A DNA stretch of 64,000 bases, taken from positions 519 to 64,518 of the forward strand of contig SVJW01000006.1 of assembly GCA_015068735.1 (NCBI GenBank). The letters run 5' to 3'. This DNA comes from Oscillospiraceae bacterium (GTDB taxonomy: Bacteria; Bacillota; Clostridia; UMGS1883). The notes beneath the pieces are model-generated. The model worked only from the letters and a program-made list of their open reading frames with translations, did no database searches and was not told the origin of the DNA. Below are positions 18,578 to 26,596 of the stretch, one piece after another. Positions within the stretch are counted from its first letter, which is position 1. Each line of letters opens with the position of its first letter. A program made the translations under genes and the position numbers.

Positions 18578-19168
18578 TTATCTCATTTCGATAGCCTTTG
18601 CAATAAGCTCAACTGTTCCGTCTATACCAAGGATACTGCTGTCAATACACAGGTTATATGTAGAAGCTTTACCCCAAGTGCGGTCTGTATAATATGTATA
18701 GTACTTTGCACGCTTTTTATCAATTTTTGCAATATGATTTTCAATTTCACTATCTTTTTTGCCTTCAAGAATATGGCGCTTTCTCTCAACTTTATCTTTC
18801 ATAGGTGCTGTGATGAACACTTTAAAAACATCAGGGTTTTCATCAAGTATAAAATCTGCACATCTGCCAACAATAATACAGCTCTCTTTTGCTGCTATGT
18901 CACGAATAACATCTGCTTGTGCGATGTATATTCTGTCAGACATAGGCATCTGATAAATATCAAAAATATTGGAAGAAGAAAAAGCGGGGAAGGAGTGCTG
19001 TTCATCGTATTTTTCGATGATGCTTTCTTCAAGATTTGTCTTTTCTGCAGTATGAAGGATAAGTTCCTTATCATAAAAAGGAATCCCTAATTTCTCGGAA
19101 AGTTTAAGTCCGATTTCACGTCCGCCGCTACCGAATTCTCTACCGATTGTTACAATAACTTTTTTCAT
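18578..19168 (-). CDS. Cytidylate kinase-like family protein
   Basis: TIGREFGSGGREIG, IIVGRCAD, DKKRAKYY, YNLCIDSS. Confidence 0.92.
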   Translation of the reverse strand: MKKVIVTIGREFGSGGREIGLKLSEKLGIPFYDKELILHTAEKTNLEESIIEKYDEQHSFPAFSSSNIFDIYQMPMSDRIYIAQADVIRDIAAKESCIIVGRCADFILDENPDVFKVFITAPMKDKVERKRHILEGKKDSEIENHIAKIDKKRAKYYTYYTDRTWGKASTYNLCIDSSILGIDGTVELIAKAIEMR

Positions 19169-19284
19169 AATCTGACCTCCCTATGGATAAAACAAACTTA
19201 TATTTGTTCTTCGTCAATTTGATTATAGCATAAAACACGGAAAAAAACAAGTTTTAATTTTCTATATATTTTCAAAATTTTTTG

Positions 19285-19313
19285 TTGAAATGGGACTGAA
19301 TTTATGGTATTAT
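19285..19313 (+). promoter_or_regulatory. SigA-type promoter of the CofE-like gene
   Basis: TTGAAA-17 bp-TATTAT with TG extended -10. Confidence 0.6.
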
Positions 19314-19425
19314 ATTAGACGGTAATTAGAAATATTCACTTTTGTGAGTGTTGAAATGTGCACTATCGGCCCGCGATAGAGAAGGCACATATATATTTTG
19401 TGGGCAGAAAGGCTATGACCGTAGT

Positions 19426-20625
19426 ATGGCAAACACAGAAAGAAAAGTAGGCACAGTATCAAGAGGTATCCGTTGTCCCATCATCCGTGAGGGAGATGAC
19501 CTTGCCGCAATCGTAACTGAGAGCGTTCTCGACGCAGCAAAGAGCGAAGGATTCGAACTTCGCGACCGTGATGTTATTTCTATTACAGAATCCATCGTAG
19601 CGCGTGCACAGGGTAACTATTGTTCTGTTAACGATATTGCAGCGGACGTAAAGAACAAGCTTGGCGGAGAAACCGTTGGTGTTATTTTCCCCATCCTTTC
19701 CAGAAATCGTTTTGCAATCTGCCTTAAGGGTATTGCAATGGGTGCAAAGAAAATTGTTCTTATGCTCAGTTATCCTTCTGATGAAGTTGGTAACGAACTT
19801 GTAAGTCTTGATAAAATTGATGCTGCAGGCATTAATCCTTATTCCGACGTATTAAGCCTTGAAATGTATAGAGAGTATTTTGGTGAAAACAAGCACGAAT
19901 TTACAGGCGTTGACTATGTTGAATACTACGGCAATCTTATAAAGGAATGCGGTGCAGACGTTGAAATCGTTTTCGCAAATCAGGCGAAGACAATTCTTAA
20001 TTATACAGACTGTGTAATTAACTGTGATATCCACACTCGCGCAAGAACCAAGAGAATTCTTAAAGATTTAGGTGCAAAGGTTGTTTGCGGTCTTGACGAA
20101 ATTATGAATGCTCCCGTAAATGGTAGCGGATGTAACGAAAAATATGGCCTTTTAGGTTCAAACAAATCTACAGAAGACAAAATCAAACTTTTCCCAAGAG
20201 AGTGTAAAGATCTTGTTCTTGATATTCAGGCACGAATTCTCAAGGAAACAGGAAAGTACGTTGAAGTTATGGTTTACGGTGACGGTGCATTTAAGGATCC
20301 TCAGGGTAAAATATGGGAGCTTGCAGACCCGGTTGTTTCTCCTGCATTTACAGACGGTCTTGTAGGTACACCCAATGAGCTTAAGCTTAAGTATCTTGCA
20401 GATAATGACTTTGCAAATCTTTCCGGTGAAGAGCTTAAGAAAGCAATTTCCGAAAGCATCAAAAACAAAGGGGACAACCTGGTAGGTAATATGGCTTCCC
20501 AGGGAACAACTCCCAGACAGCTTACAGACCTCATCGGTTCGCTTTGTGACCTTACAAGCGGTAGCGGTGATAAGGGTACACCCGTGGTACTTGTTCAGGG
20601 TTACTTCGACAACTACACAAACTAA
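19426..20625 (+). CDS. CofE-like (F420-0:gamma-glutamyl ligase family) protein
   Basis: RGIRCPIIREGDDL, ITESIVARAQG, C-terminal DLTSGSGDKGTPVVLVQG typical of clostridial CofE-family proteins. Confidence 0.85.
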   Translation: MANTERKVGTVSRGIRCPIIREGDDLAAIVTESVLDAAKSEGFELRDRDVISITESIVARAQGNYCSVNDIAADVKNKLGGETVGVIFPILSRNRFAICLKGIAMGAKKIVLMLSYPSDEVGNELVSLDKIDAAGINPYSDVLSLEMYREYFGENKHEFTGVDYVEYYGNLIKECGADVEIVFANQAKTILNYTDCVINCDIHTRARTKRILKDLGAKVVCGLDEIMNAPVNGSGCNEKYGLLGSNKSTEDKIKLFPRECKDLVLDIQARILKETGKYVEVMVYGDGAFKDPQGKIWELADPVVSPAFTDGLVGTPNELKLKYLADNDFANLSGEELKKAISESIKNKGDNLVGNMASQGTTPRQLTDLIGSLCDLTSGSGDKGTPVVLVQGYFDNYTN

Positions 20626-20635
20626 ATAATTGTAC

Positions 20636-20672
20636 AACAAAAGGAGTCGCAAATGCGACTCCTTATTTGTTT
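20636..20672. repeat. 37-bp direct repeat, copy A (palindromic terminator)
   Basis: aacaaaaggagtcgcaaatgcgactccttatttgttt, identical to 21055-21091. Confidence 0.95.
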
Positions 20673-20729
20673 GTTATGAAATGATTAAACTGTTTAGTGC
20701 CAAAAAATGTACGTCCCCAAAGAGGCGCA

Positions 20730-20805
20730 AATAAAAAGAGGACCAACGACTGGTTGGCGAGTACTGGGCTTAAGATGCCGTTCCATCCAACTACATATGG
20801 TCCTA
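20730..20805 (-). ncRNA. Candidate small RNA 2 (~75 nt)
   Basis: TTGACA(20839-34)-17-TATCTT(20816-11) promoter, closing stem AGGACCA/TGGTCCT, inner GTTGG/CCAAC, then TTTTTATTT. Confidence 0.6.
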
Positions 20806-20869
20806 TTAACAAGATAACATATAGCGATGAATATGTCAAGACTCGTTTCGGGACATACATCTCTATATC

Positions 20870-20963
20870 AAAAAAATAGAAGGAAACATTGGTAGTCCGT
20901 GGAACCTTGAAAAAGGCTCGAACCCGTCTACGACGGCGCGGCACACCGCTGATGTTCCTTCAA
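20870..20963 (-). ncRNA. Candidate small RNA 1 (~90 nt, multibranched)
   Basis: TTGATT(20997-92)-17-TAAACT(20974-69) promoter, closing stem GAAGGAACAT/ATGTTTCCTTC, internal hairpins CCGTC-GTA-GACGG and CCTT-TTTC-AAGG, then T7. Confidence 0.6.
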
Positions 20964-21054
20964 CTAAAAGTTTACCACAGTCAATAGAAAAAATCAATAG
21001 AAAATCCGTAACTGAAACAACATTTCAGGACGTGTTTCTTTGGCTCGCTTTCAG

Positions 21055-21091
21055 AACAAAAGGAGTCGCAAATGCGACTCCTTATTTGTTT
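21055..21091. repeat. 37-bp direct repeat, copy B (overlaps the araC stop codon)
   Basis: Identical to 20636-20672. Confidence 0.95.
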
Positions 21092-21873
21092 ACCAAAGAA
21101 TACTTTTTCGGTGTTATTCCTTTTATTTTCTTAAAGACAGCGGCAAAGTAATTACTGTCATTAAAACCGCAGAGGAAAGCAATTTCCGTTATCGAAAGAT
21201 TTGTTGTCACAAGAAGCTTTTCTGCAGCAGCCACACGGGTGATATTTATATAGTCGCTTAGCCCGACGGAAGTGAGCTTTTTAAACTGCTTTGAAAGGTA
21301 GTTGGGAGTTATGGCAAAATGCTCTGAAAGCACTTTAAGAGACAAATCTTCTGCGTAGTTTGATGAAATATATTTTGCCACGTCCTGAATAAGTTGGTGA
21401 GAGGGAGTTTCTTTTTCTGATGATTCTTCTGCTCTGTGGCGCGAAATAAGTATAAGAAGTTCTCGCGTATACAGATTTTGCATATCACGATAACCGATTT
21501 TTTTGTCGTTTTCTTCTTTTTCAATTTTATACAACAATTCCGTTACCTTGTTGTGGTATTTACCTTTTATTATTATATGCTTATTTTCAAAAAGTTCATC
21601 GATATACTTCAGGAGATTTTCGCCTACGTCATTTTCATCAAAAAACAGTAGCACTCTTTCCGCATCACTTGTTGTTTTGTGGTAGACATTTTTGGGAATA
21701 AAAATCATTTCCCCGGGTTTGATGGTAAAAAGCTCATCCTCGATAAAATATTTTGTACTGCCCTCTACAAGGTAATAAAGCTCGTGTTTATCGTGATAGT
21801 GCATATAGGGCATATCTACCATAAAAGGATGTTTAACTTTTTCGTAAATCATAGGATTTTTGCTTGCAGGCAT
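21082..21873 (-). CDS. AraC-family transcriptional regulator
   Basis: Cupin MHYHDKHELYY, C-terminal HTH ITEIAFLCGFNDSNYFAAVFKKIKGITP; divergent from GH4. Confidence 0.95.
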   Translation of the reverse strand: MPASKNPMIYEKVKHPFMVDMPYMHYHDKHELYYLVEGSTKYFIEDELFTIKPGEMIFIPKNVYHKTTSDAERVLLFFDENDVGENLLKYIDELFENKHIIIKGKYHNKVTELLYKIEKEENDKKIGYRDMQNLYTRELLILISRHRAEESSEKETPSHQLIQDVAKYISSNYAEDLSLKVLSEHFAITPNYLSKQFKKLTSVGLSDYINITRVAAAEKLLVTTNLSITEIAFLCGFNDSNYFAAVFKKIKGITPKKYSLVNK

Positions 21874-22013
21874 ACAATCACCTCTGATTAGATTATACAC
21901 AAAAATCGGCAAATGTAAATAATATTTTCTTGTTTTTTCTTAAAATATGCAACTTATTTATAGAAAACAATATAAAAATACAGTATGATAAAATCATAGA
22001 AGGAGGAGGTTAT

Positions 22014-23414
22014 ATGAATTACAACGGTAATAAAGCAGAAAATGTGAAAATTGCATATATAGGCGGTGGTTCACGCGGTTGGGCGTGGGGACTTATGAGT
22101 GACCTTGTAAATTGCGATGATATGTCGGGTAGCGTATATCTGTACGACATTGATATGGAAGCTGCAAAAAGCAATGAAATTATAGGTAACAAATTCAATG
22201 ATGCAGAGGGTGCAAAATCACATTGGGATTATTTGGCTGTGGAAACTATTGAGGAAGCTCTTAACGGTGCGAATTTTGTAGTTATATCCATTCAACCGGG
22301 AACATTTGATGAAATGGAGTCAGATGTTCACGCACCTGAAAAATACGGCATTTATCAGTCTGTCGGAGATACATCCGGTCCCGGTGGTATCATCCGCGCA
22401 ATGCGTACGGTTCCTATGTATGAATTCTTTGCGGAAAAAATCAAGGAATGTTGTCCCAAAGCGTGGGTAATCAATTACACAAACCCTATGACGCTTTGTA
22501 CGAAAACACTCTACCGTGTATTTCCTGAAATAAAAGCATTCGGATGTTGCCACGAAGTATTCGGTACACAGAAACTTTTAGCATCTGCTCTTGAAGATTA
22601 TTGTGGTATAAAAGATATAAAAAGAGAAGAAATAAAGGTTAATCCTGTAAGTGTAAATCACTTTACATGGCTCACTTCTGCAAAATACAGGGATATTGAT
22701 GTATTCCCAATATATAAGAAAATGGCAGAGGAGTACGCTGAGGCGGGTTACCTCAAAGGCAAGGACGATAACTGGATGAACAGCGTTTTTGCCTGCAGTC
22801 AGAAAGTGAAATTTGACCTTTTTAACCGTTACGGTTACATAGCGGCGGCAGGTGACCGTCACCTTGCCGAATTTTGTGAAGGAAAATGGTATCTTGAATC
22901 ACCGGAAAAAGTAAGAGAGTGGGGATTTAATCTTACGCCGGTGAGCTACAGGAAAGAAAACCTTGTAGAAAGAATGGAAAGAAGTGTACGCCTCAAAAAT
23001 GGTGAGGAAAAGCCTGAAATCAAGCTTACAGGGGAAGAGGGCGTGCGTCAGATGAGAGCGCTTCTCGGACTTTGCGAATTTGTTACAAATGTAAATATTC
23101 CAAACTATGGGCAAATTCCCAATCTTCCCATTGGTGCAGTAGTTGAAACAAATGCCGTATTTACATCGGATAGCGTGACCCCTGTATTTGCTGGTGAAAT
23201 ACCATCTTCAATTTATCCTCTTGTTTCAAGAATTTGCGGAGAGCAGGAGGAAGTGAGCGAGGGGATTGCACAGCGTGATTTGGGAAGAATTTTCAATGCA
23301 TTTGCAAATGATCCTCTCGTAACTTGCAGTTATGCTGACGCAAAGAAACTGTTTAAAGAAATGATTGAAAATACAAAAGAATATCTTACAATGTATGATT
23401 TAAATACGATATAA
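22014..23414 (+). CDS. GH4 NAD+-dependent glycosidase, probable alpha-galacturonidase (LplD-like)
   Basis: IGGGSRGW, QSVGDTSGPGG, NYTNP, GCCHEV; the CHEV motif marks GH4 alpha-galacturonidases; RBS aggaggaggt. Confidence 0.88.
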   Translation: MNYNGNKAENVKIAYIGGGSRGWAWGLMSDLVNCDDMSGSVYLYDIDMEAAKSNEIIGNKFNDAEGAKSHWDYLAVETIEEALNGANFVVISIQPGTFDEMESDVHAPEKYGIYQSVGDTSGPGGIIRAMRTVPMYEFFAEKIKECCPKAWVINYTNPMTLCTKTLYRVFPEIKAFGCCHEVFGTQKLLASALEDYCGIKDIKREEIKVNPVSVNHFTWLTSAKYRDIDVFPIYKKMAEEYAEAGYLKGKDDNWMNSVFACSQKVKFDLFNRYGYIAAAGDRHLAEFCEGKWYLESPEKVREWGFNLTPVSYRKENLVERMERSVRLKNGEEKPEIKLTGEEGVRQMRALLGLCEFVTNVNIPNYGQIPNLPIGAVVETNAVFTSDSVTPVFAGEIPSSIYPLVSRICGEQEEVSEGIAQRDLGRIFNAFANDPLVTCSYADAKKLFKEMIENTKEYLTMYDLNTI

Positions 23415-23417
23415 TTG

Positions 23418-23457
23418 AAACTGTCTGCGGGAATATACATTCGCAGACAGTTTTTTT
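23418..23457 (+). terminator. Intrinsic terminator
   Basis: aaactgtctgcgg...tcgcagacagttttttt. Confidence 0.75.
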
Positions 23458-23459
23458 GT

Positions 23460-23488
23460 TTGACAAACAAGGAATAATATATTAAAAT
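23460..23488 (+). promoter_or_regulatory. SigA promoter of the ccdA operon
   Basis: TTGACA-17 bp-TAAAAT. Confidence 0.7.
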
Positions 23489-23504
23489 ATAAAGTAGACA
23501 GGAA

Positions 23505-24194
23505 GTGATTATTTTGCAGTATCTGGCTACCTTTTTAGAAGGAATAATTTCATTTATTTCCCCTTGTATGTTGCCAATGTTACCAATTTATATTTCATAT
23601 TTTGCAGGTTCTGCTGAAGAAAAACGGCATCCTCTCCCGAGAGCTATCAGCTTTGTTCTTGGATTTACGCTCGTTTTTTCGATGATGGGGCTTTTTGCAG
23701 GAACGATAGGGTCTTTTCTTACTCATTACAGGTCCTGGGTTAATATTGTTTGCGGCATTATTATAATTTTATTCGGTTTTAATTTCCTTGGAATTATAAA
23801 ATTACCCGTAATTCACTCCGCTCATAAAAGTGTGAAAATAAAAGGACTTTTTTCAGCATTTTTATTTGGAATTGTTTTTTCAATAAGCCACACTCCTTGT
23901 ATCGGCGTGTTTTTAGGAAGTGCATTGACAACTGCGGCAGCTTCAGGAATGGTAATGAGTGGGTTTTTGCTTCTGCTTGTCTATTCTCTTGGTATGGGAA
24001 TTCCTTTTTTGCTTGCAGCGGTACTGGTTGATAAATTGACAGGACTTTTCAATTCTATCAAAAAGAACTACAATGTGATAAACATAGTATGTGGATTCTT
24101 TCTCGTTTTAATGGGAATATTTATGATGCTGGGTTGGATGAACGGCTTTGTTGAAATGCTTGATACAGCAGCGCATTCATCTCATAATCATTGA
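23505..24194 (+). CDS. ccdA: CcdA/DsbD-beta transmembrane electron transporter
   Basis: SFISPCMLPMLPIY and TPCIG motifs, about 6 TM segments, YSLGMGIPF. Confidence 0.92.
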   Translation: MIILQYLATFLEGIISFISPCMLPMLPIYISYFAGSAEEKRHPLPRAISFVLGFTLVFSMMGLFAGTIGSFLTHYRSWVNIVCGIIIILFGFNFLGIIKLPVIHSAHKSVKIKGLFSAFLFGIVFSISHTPCIGVFLGSALTTAAASGMVMSGFLLLLVYSLGMGIPFLLAAVLVDKLTGLFNSIKKNYNVINIVCGFFLVLMGIFMMLGWMNGFVEMLDTAAHSSHNH

Positions 24195-24202
24195 AGGAGT
24201 AA

Positions 24203-24763
24203 TTGATGAGTAATAAAAACTTAAAATTAGTGATATACTGTTCGATATTAGCTTTAGTTTTGGTTTTGGCGGGTGTTGCATATAAGCATGTTTCCGATAA
24301 TTATACACCGGAAGTTCAGAATATTGATTCCGACAAGAATACAAATCCTGCTCCTGATTTTTTTGTTTTCACGCAGGATGGGGAGAGAGTTTCTTTTACT
24401 TCTTTCAAAGGAAAACCGGTTGTAATCAATTTTTGGGCTACATGGTGTGGATATTGTGTGGATGAACTTCCGTACTTTCAAAATGCTTATGAAAAATACG
24501 GTGATAAAGTGCAGTTTATGATGGTTAATCTAACTGATAACAGTACCGAAACGGTGGAAAAGGCATCTGCTTTTATTTCTGATAAAAAATACGAATTTCC
24601 CGTCTATTATGACGTAGCGTACAGAGCTGCATTTGCATATGATGTTTCCGCTGTTCCCGTAACGGCGTTTGTAGATGCAGACGGAAATCTTGTATATCAC
24701 AGGATAGGTGGTATGACAGAGAAAATGTTGTTTGAATATATCGAAAGTCTGATTGGAGAATAA
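24203..24763 (+). CDS. Membrane-anchored TlpA/ResA-like thiol-disulfide oxidoreductase
   Basis: N-terminal TM segment, APDF, NFWATWCGYC. Confidence 0.92.
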   Translation: MMSNKNLKLVIYCSILALVLVLAGVAYKHVSDNYTPEVQNIDSDKNTNPAPDFFVFTQDGERVSFTSFKGKPVVINFWATWCGYCVDELPYFQNAYEKYGDKVQFMMVNLTDNSTETVEKASAFISDKKYEFPVYYDVAYRAAFAYDVSAVPVTAFVDADGNLVYHRIGGMTEKMLFEYIESLIGE

Positions 24764-24765
24764 TT

Positions 24766-24975
24766 ATGGCAATTAAGCTTAACCCCGACAAAGAAATAGT
24801 AAAATCTGTAAAGGAAGGTCTGAAAAGAACCGGCGGGTATTGTCCTTGCAGAATTCAGAGAACGGAAGAAAATAAATGTATGTGCGAAGAATTTAAGAAA
24901 CAGATTGCAGACCCGGATTTTGAGGGGTACTGCCATTGTATGTTGTACTATAAGGAAAAGGAGAAAAGAGCATGA
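24766..24975 (+). CDS. Ferredoxin-thioredoxin reductase catalytic-subunit-like protein
   Basis: GYCPCR, KCMCE and YCHCML Cys motifs. Confidence 0.85.
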   Translation: MAIKLNPDKEIVKSVKEGLKRTGGYCPCRIQRTEENKCMCEEFKKQIADPDFEGYCHCMLYYKEKEKRA

Positions 24976-25280
24976 GTGAAATTGTAATTACCAAAGAAAA
25001 TTTTGAAAAAGAAGTTTTACAAAGCGATGTTCCGGTGTTGGTGGACTTCTGGGCGACATGGTGCGGACCTTGCAGGATGCTTGCTCCCGTGATTGAAGAA
25101 ATTGCAAAAGAGGGAAAAGTTAAGGTAGGCAAGATTGATGTAGATAAAGAGGGAGAACTGGCTATTAAGTTTGGTGTAATGAGTATTCCTACAGTTGTAC
25201 TTTTTGAAAATGGTAAGTCTGTAAAAACAACAGTAGGTTATATGTCCAAAGAACAGCTTGAATCCGAATTAGGTATATAA
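24972..25280 (+). CDS. trxA: Thioredoxin
   Basis: [17 protein letters not shown]. Confidence 0.96.
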   Translation: MSEIVITKENFEKEVLQSDVPVLVDFWATWCGPCRMLAPVIEEIAKEGKVKVGKIDVDKEGELAIKFGVMSIPTVVLFENGKSVKTTVGYMSKEQLESELGI

Positions 25281-25367
25281 AAATGGGGTGAAAACACCGC
25301 TTATTGTTACATAGTAGGTGGTGTTTTCAAATTTTTAATAAAAAATGAAAAATTTGAAAAAATAATA

Positions 25368-25396
25368 TTGACAAACTGCAATATATTTGGTATACT
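25368..25396 (+). promoter_or_regulatory. Strong SigA promoter of the tRNA operon
   Basis: TTGACA-17 bp-TATACT with TG extension and AT-rich upstream tract. Confidence 0.85.
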
Positions 25397-25411
25397 CTTA
25401 AAGTCGCAAGT

Positions 25412-25485
25412 GCGGGTGTAGTTCATTGGTAGAACACCAGCCTTCCAAGCTGGATAGGTGGGTTCGATTCCCATCACCCGCTCCA
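25412..25485 (+). tRNA. tRNA-Gly(TCC)
   Basis: gcgggtg acceptor stem, anticodon loop cttccaa, GGTTCGA, encoded CCA. Confidence 0.96.
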
Positions 25486-25506
25486 CTTTTTTGCCACAAA
25501 TTACAC

Positions 25507-25583
<77 letters not shown>

Positions 25584-25589
25584 CATTAT

Positions 25590-25667
25590 GGTGGGTATAG
25601 CTCAGTTGGTTAGAGCGCTAGATTGTGGCTCTAGAGGCCGAGGGTTCGAGTCCCTCTATCCACCCCA
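25590..25667 (+). tRNA. tRNA-His(GTG)
   Basis: G-1 plus gtgggta, loop ttgtggc, T-loop, CCA. Confidence 0.95.
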
Positions 25668-25703
25668 CTTTTCCACCTGAGTTGCAATCCAGCATATAGA
25701 TGT

Positions 25704-25780
25704 TGGGCTGTAGCCAAGTCGGTTAAGGCACCAGACTTTGACTCTGGCATCCGCAGGTTCAAGTCCTGCCAGCCCAGCCA
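25704..25780 (+). tRNA. tRNA-Gln(TTG)
   Basis: tgggctg acceptor stem, loop ctttgac, CCA. Confidence 0.95.
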
Positions 25781-25785
25781 TATAC

Positions 25786-25861
25786 GGGCCATTAGCTCAG
25801 TCGGCAGAGCACTTGACTTTTAATCAAGTTGTCCGGGGTTCGAATCTCCGATGGCTCACCA
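25786..25861 (+). tRNA. tRNA-Lys(TTT)
   Basis: gggccat acceptor stem, loop cttttaa, CCA. Confidence 0.95.
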
Positions 25862-26152
25862 AAACAAAAAAGACATCCGTAAGGGTGTCTTTTTTGCTTT
25901 GGTGAGTCATATCAGTAGCTTGACTGTTGTTAAGTTCATATGCTTTGTCGACTGAGCGTGCGAAGTCGGTAGTCTGCAATACTTTCGCTGCCTGTGGCAG
26001 ATGAAGAAAGTATTGCAGAAACGCAGTAGCCGAAGGTTGGAGTGGGTATTTATGCCCACGAAAAAGCTTCGTAGCTACAAGGTGTCGATTCCACTATAGC
26101 GACCTATTAGGCTGAGGGAGTAGAGTTTAATCTGTTCTCCGATGGCTCACCA
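25845..26152 (+). mobile_element. Small structured element bounded by a 17-bp duplication of the tRNA-Lys 3' end
   Basis: tctccgatggctcacca at 25845-25861 and 26136-26152; several internal hairpins; no ORF. Confidence 0.6.
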
Positions 26153-26155
26153 GTT

Positions 26156-26190
26156 AAAAACCGCTTAACCAATAAGGTTAAGCGGTTTTT
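26156..26190 (+). terminator. Intrinsic terminator after the duplicated tRNA end
   Basis: aaaaaccgcttaacc-aataa-ggttaagcggttttt. Confidence 0.8.
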
Positions 26191-26470
26191 ACGTTTTCTT
26201 TATTTTTTTGAAAAATGCCGTTTTGACATCTATTTGACATCTGCTGAGAAAAATCCGCTGTTTTCTGCTTTATTAAATAGAAGCCTTTTTCATAAGGAAA
26301 ATTAGATTTCAAAATATCGCAAAATAGTTTAACAAATTCCAAATAGAAATATTTATCGTAAAAATGACCAAAAAAAGTTTTAAGACAAAATCGTTTGAAA
26401 CAATACCATATTATACATGTTTCAAAACAAGGTTTTTATTAATTTTAATAAACAAATATGAAGAGAAATG

Positions 26471-26542
26471 CAAGAATTGTATAAAATGTAAAAAGGAAAA
26501 TGCAAGTATTGTAATGAAAAAAAATAATTTGTTGTGTAAAAT
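26471..26542 (+). promoter_or_regulatory. Putative AraC-activated promoter (direct-repeat operator)
   Basis: CAAGAATTGTA and CAAGTATTGTA 32 bp apart, then ATGAAA-17-TAAAAT; same layout at 30217-30288. Confidence 0.65.
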
Positions 26543-26596
26543 AAAATTATAGTATACTAGTCCTGTGGAATATTAAAAATACACGGAGGCGTTAGC

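Noticed and set aside
20663-20944. 93-aa (-) and 60-aa (+) ORFs inside the direct-repeat cassette as a toxin
   Set aside because: No RBS; they run through promoters, stems and terminators; no toxin-like features. A tiny peptide cannot be fully excluded
20730-20963. Identification as 6S, SRP, tRNA-Sec or a known riboswitch
   Set aside because: Too short for 6S; no SRP helix-8 motif; no full cloverleaf or CCA; no downstream gene to regulate; not recognised by eye
20636-21091. CRISPR array
   Set aside because: Only two 37-bp copies 419 bp apart and no cas genes; no regularly spaced repeat array seen anywhere in the window
26260-26552. Integrase remnant or 62-aa ORF downstream of the att-like site
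   Set aside because: AT-rich promoter region with no tyrosine-recombinase residues recognisable
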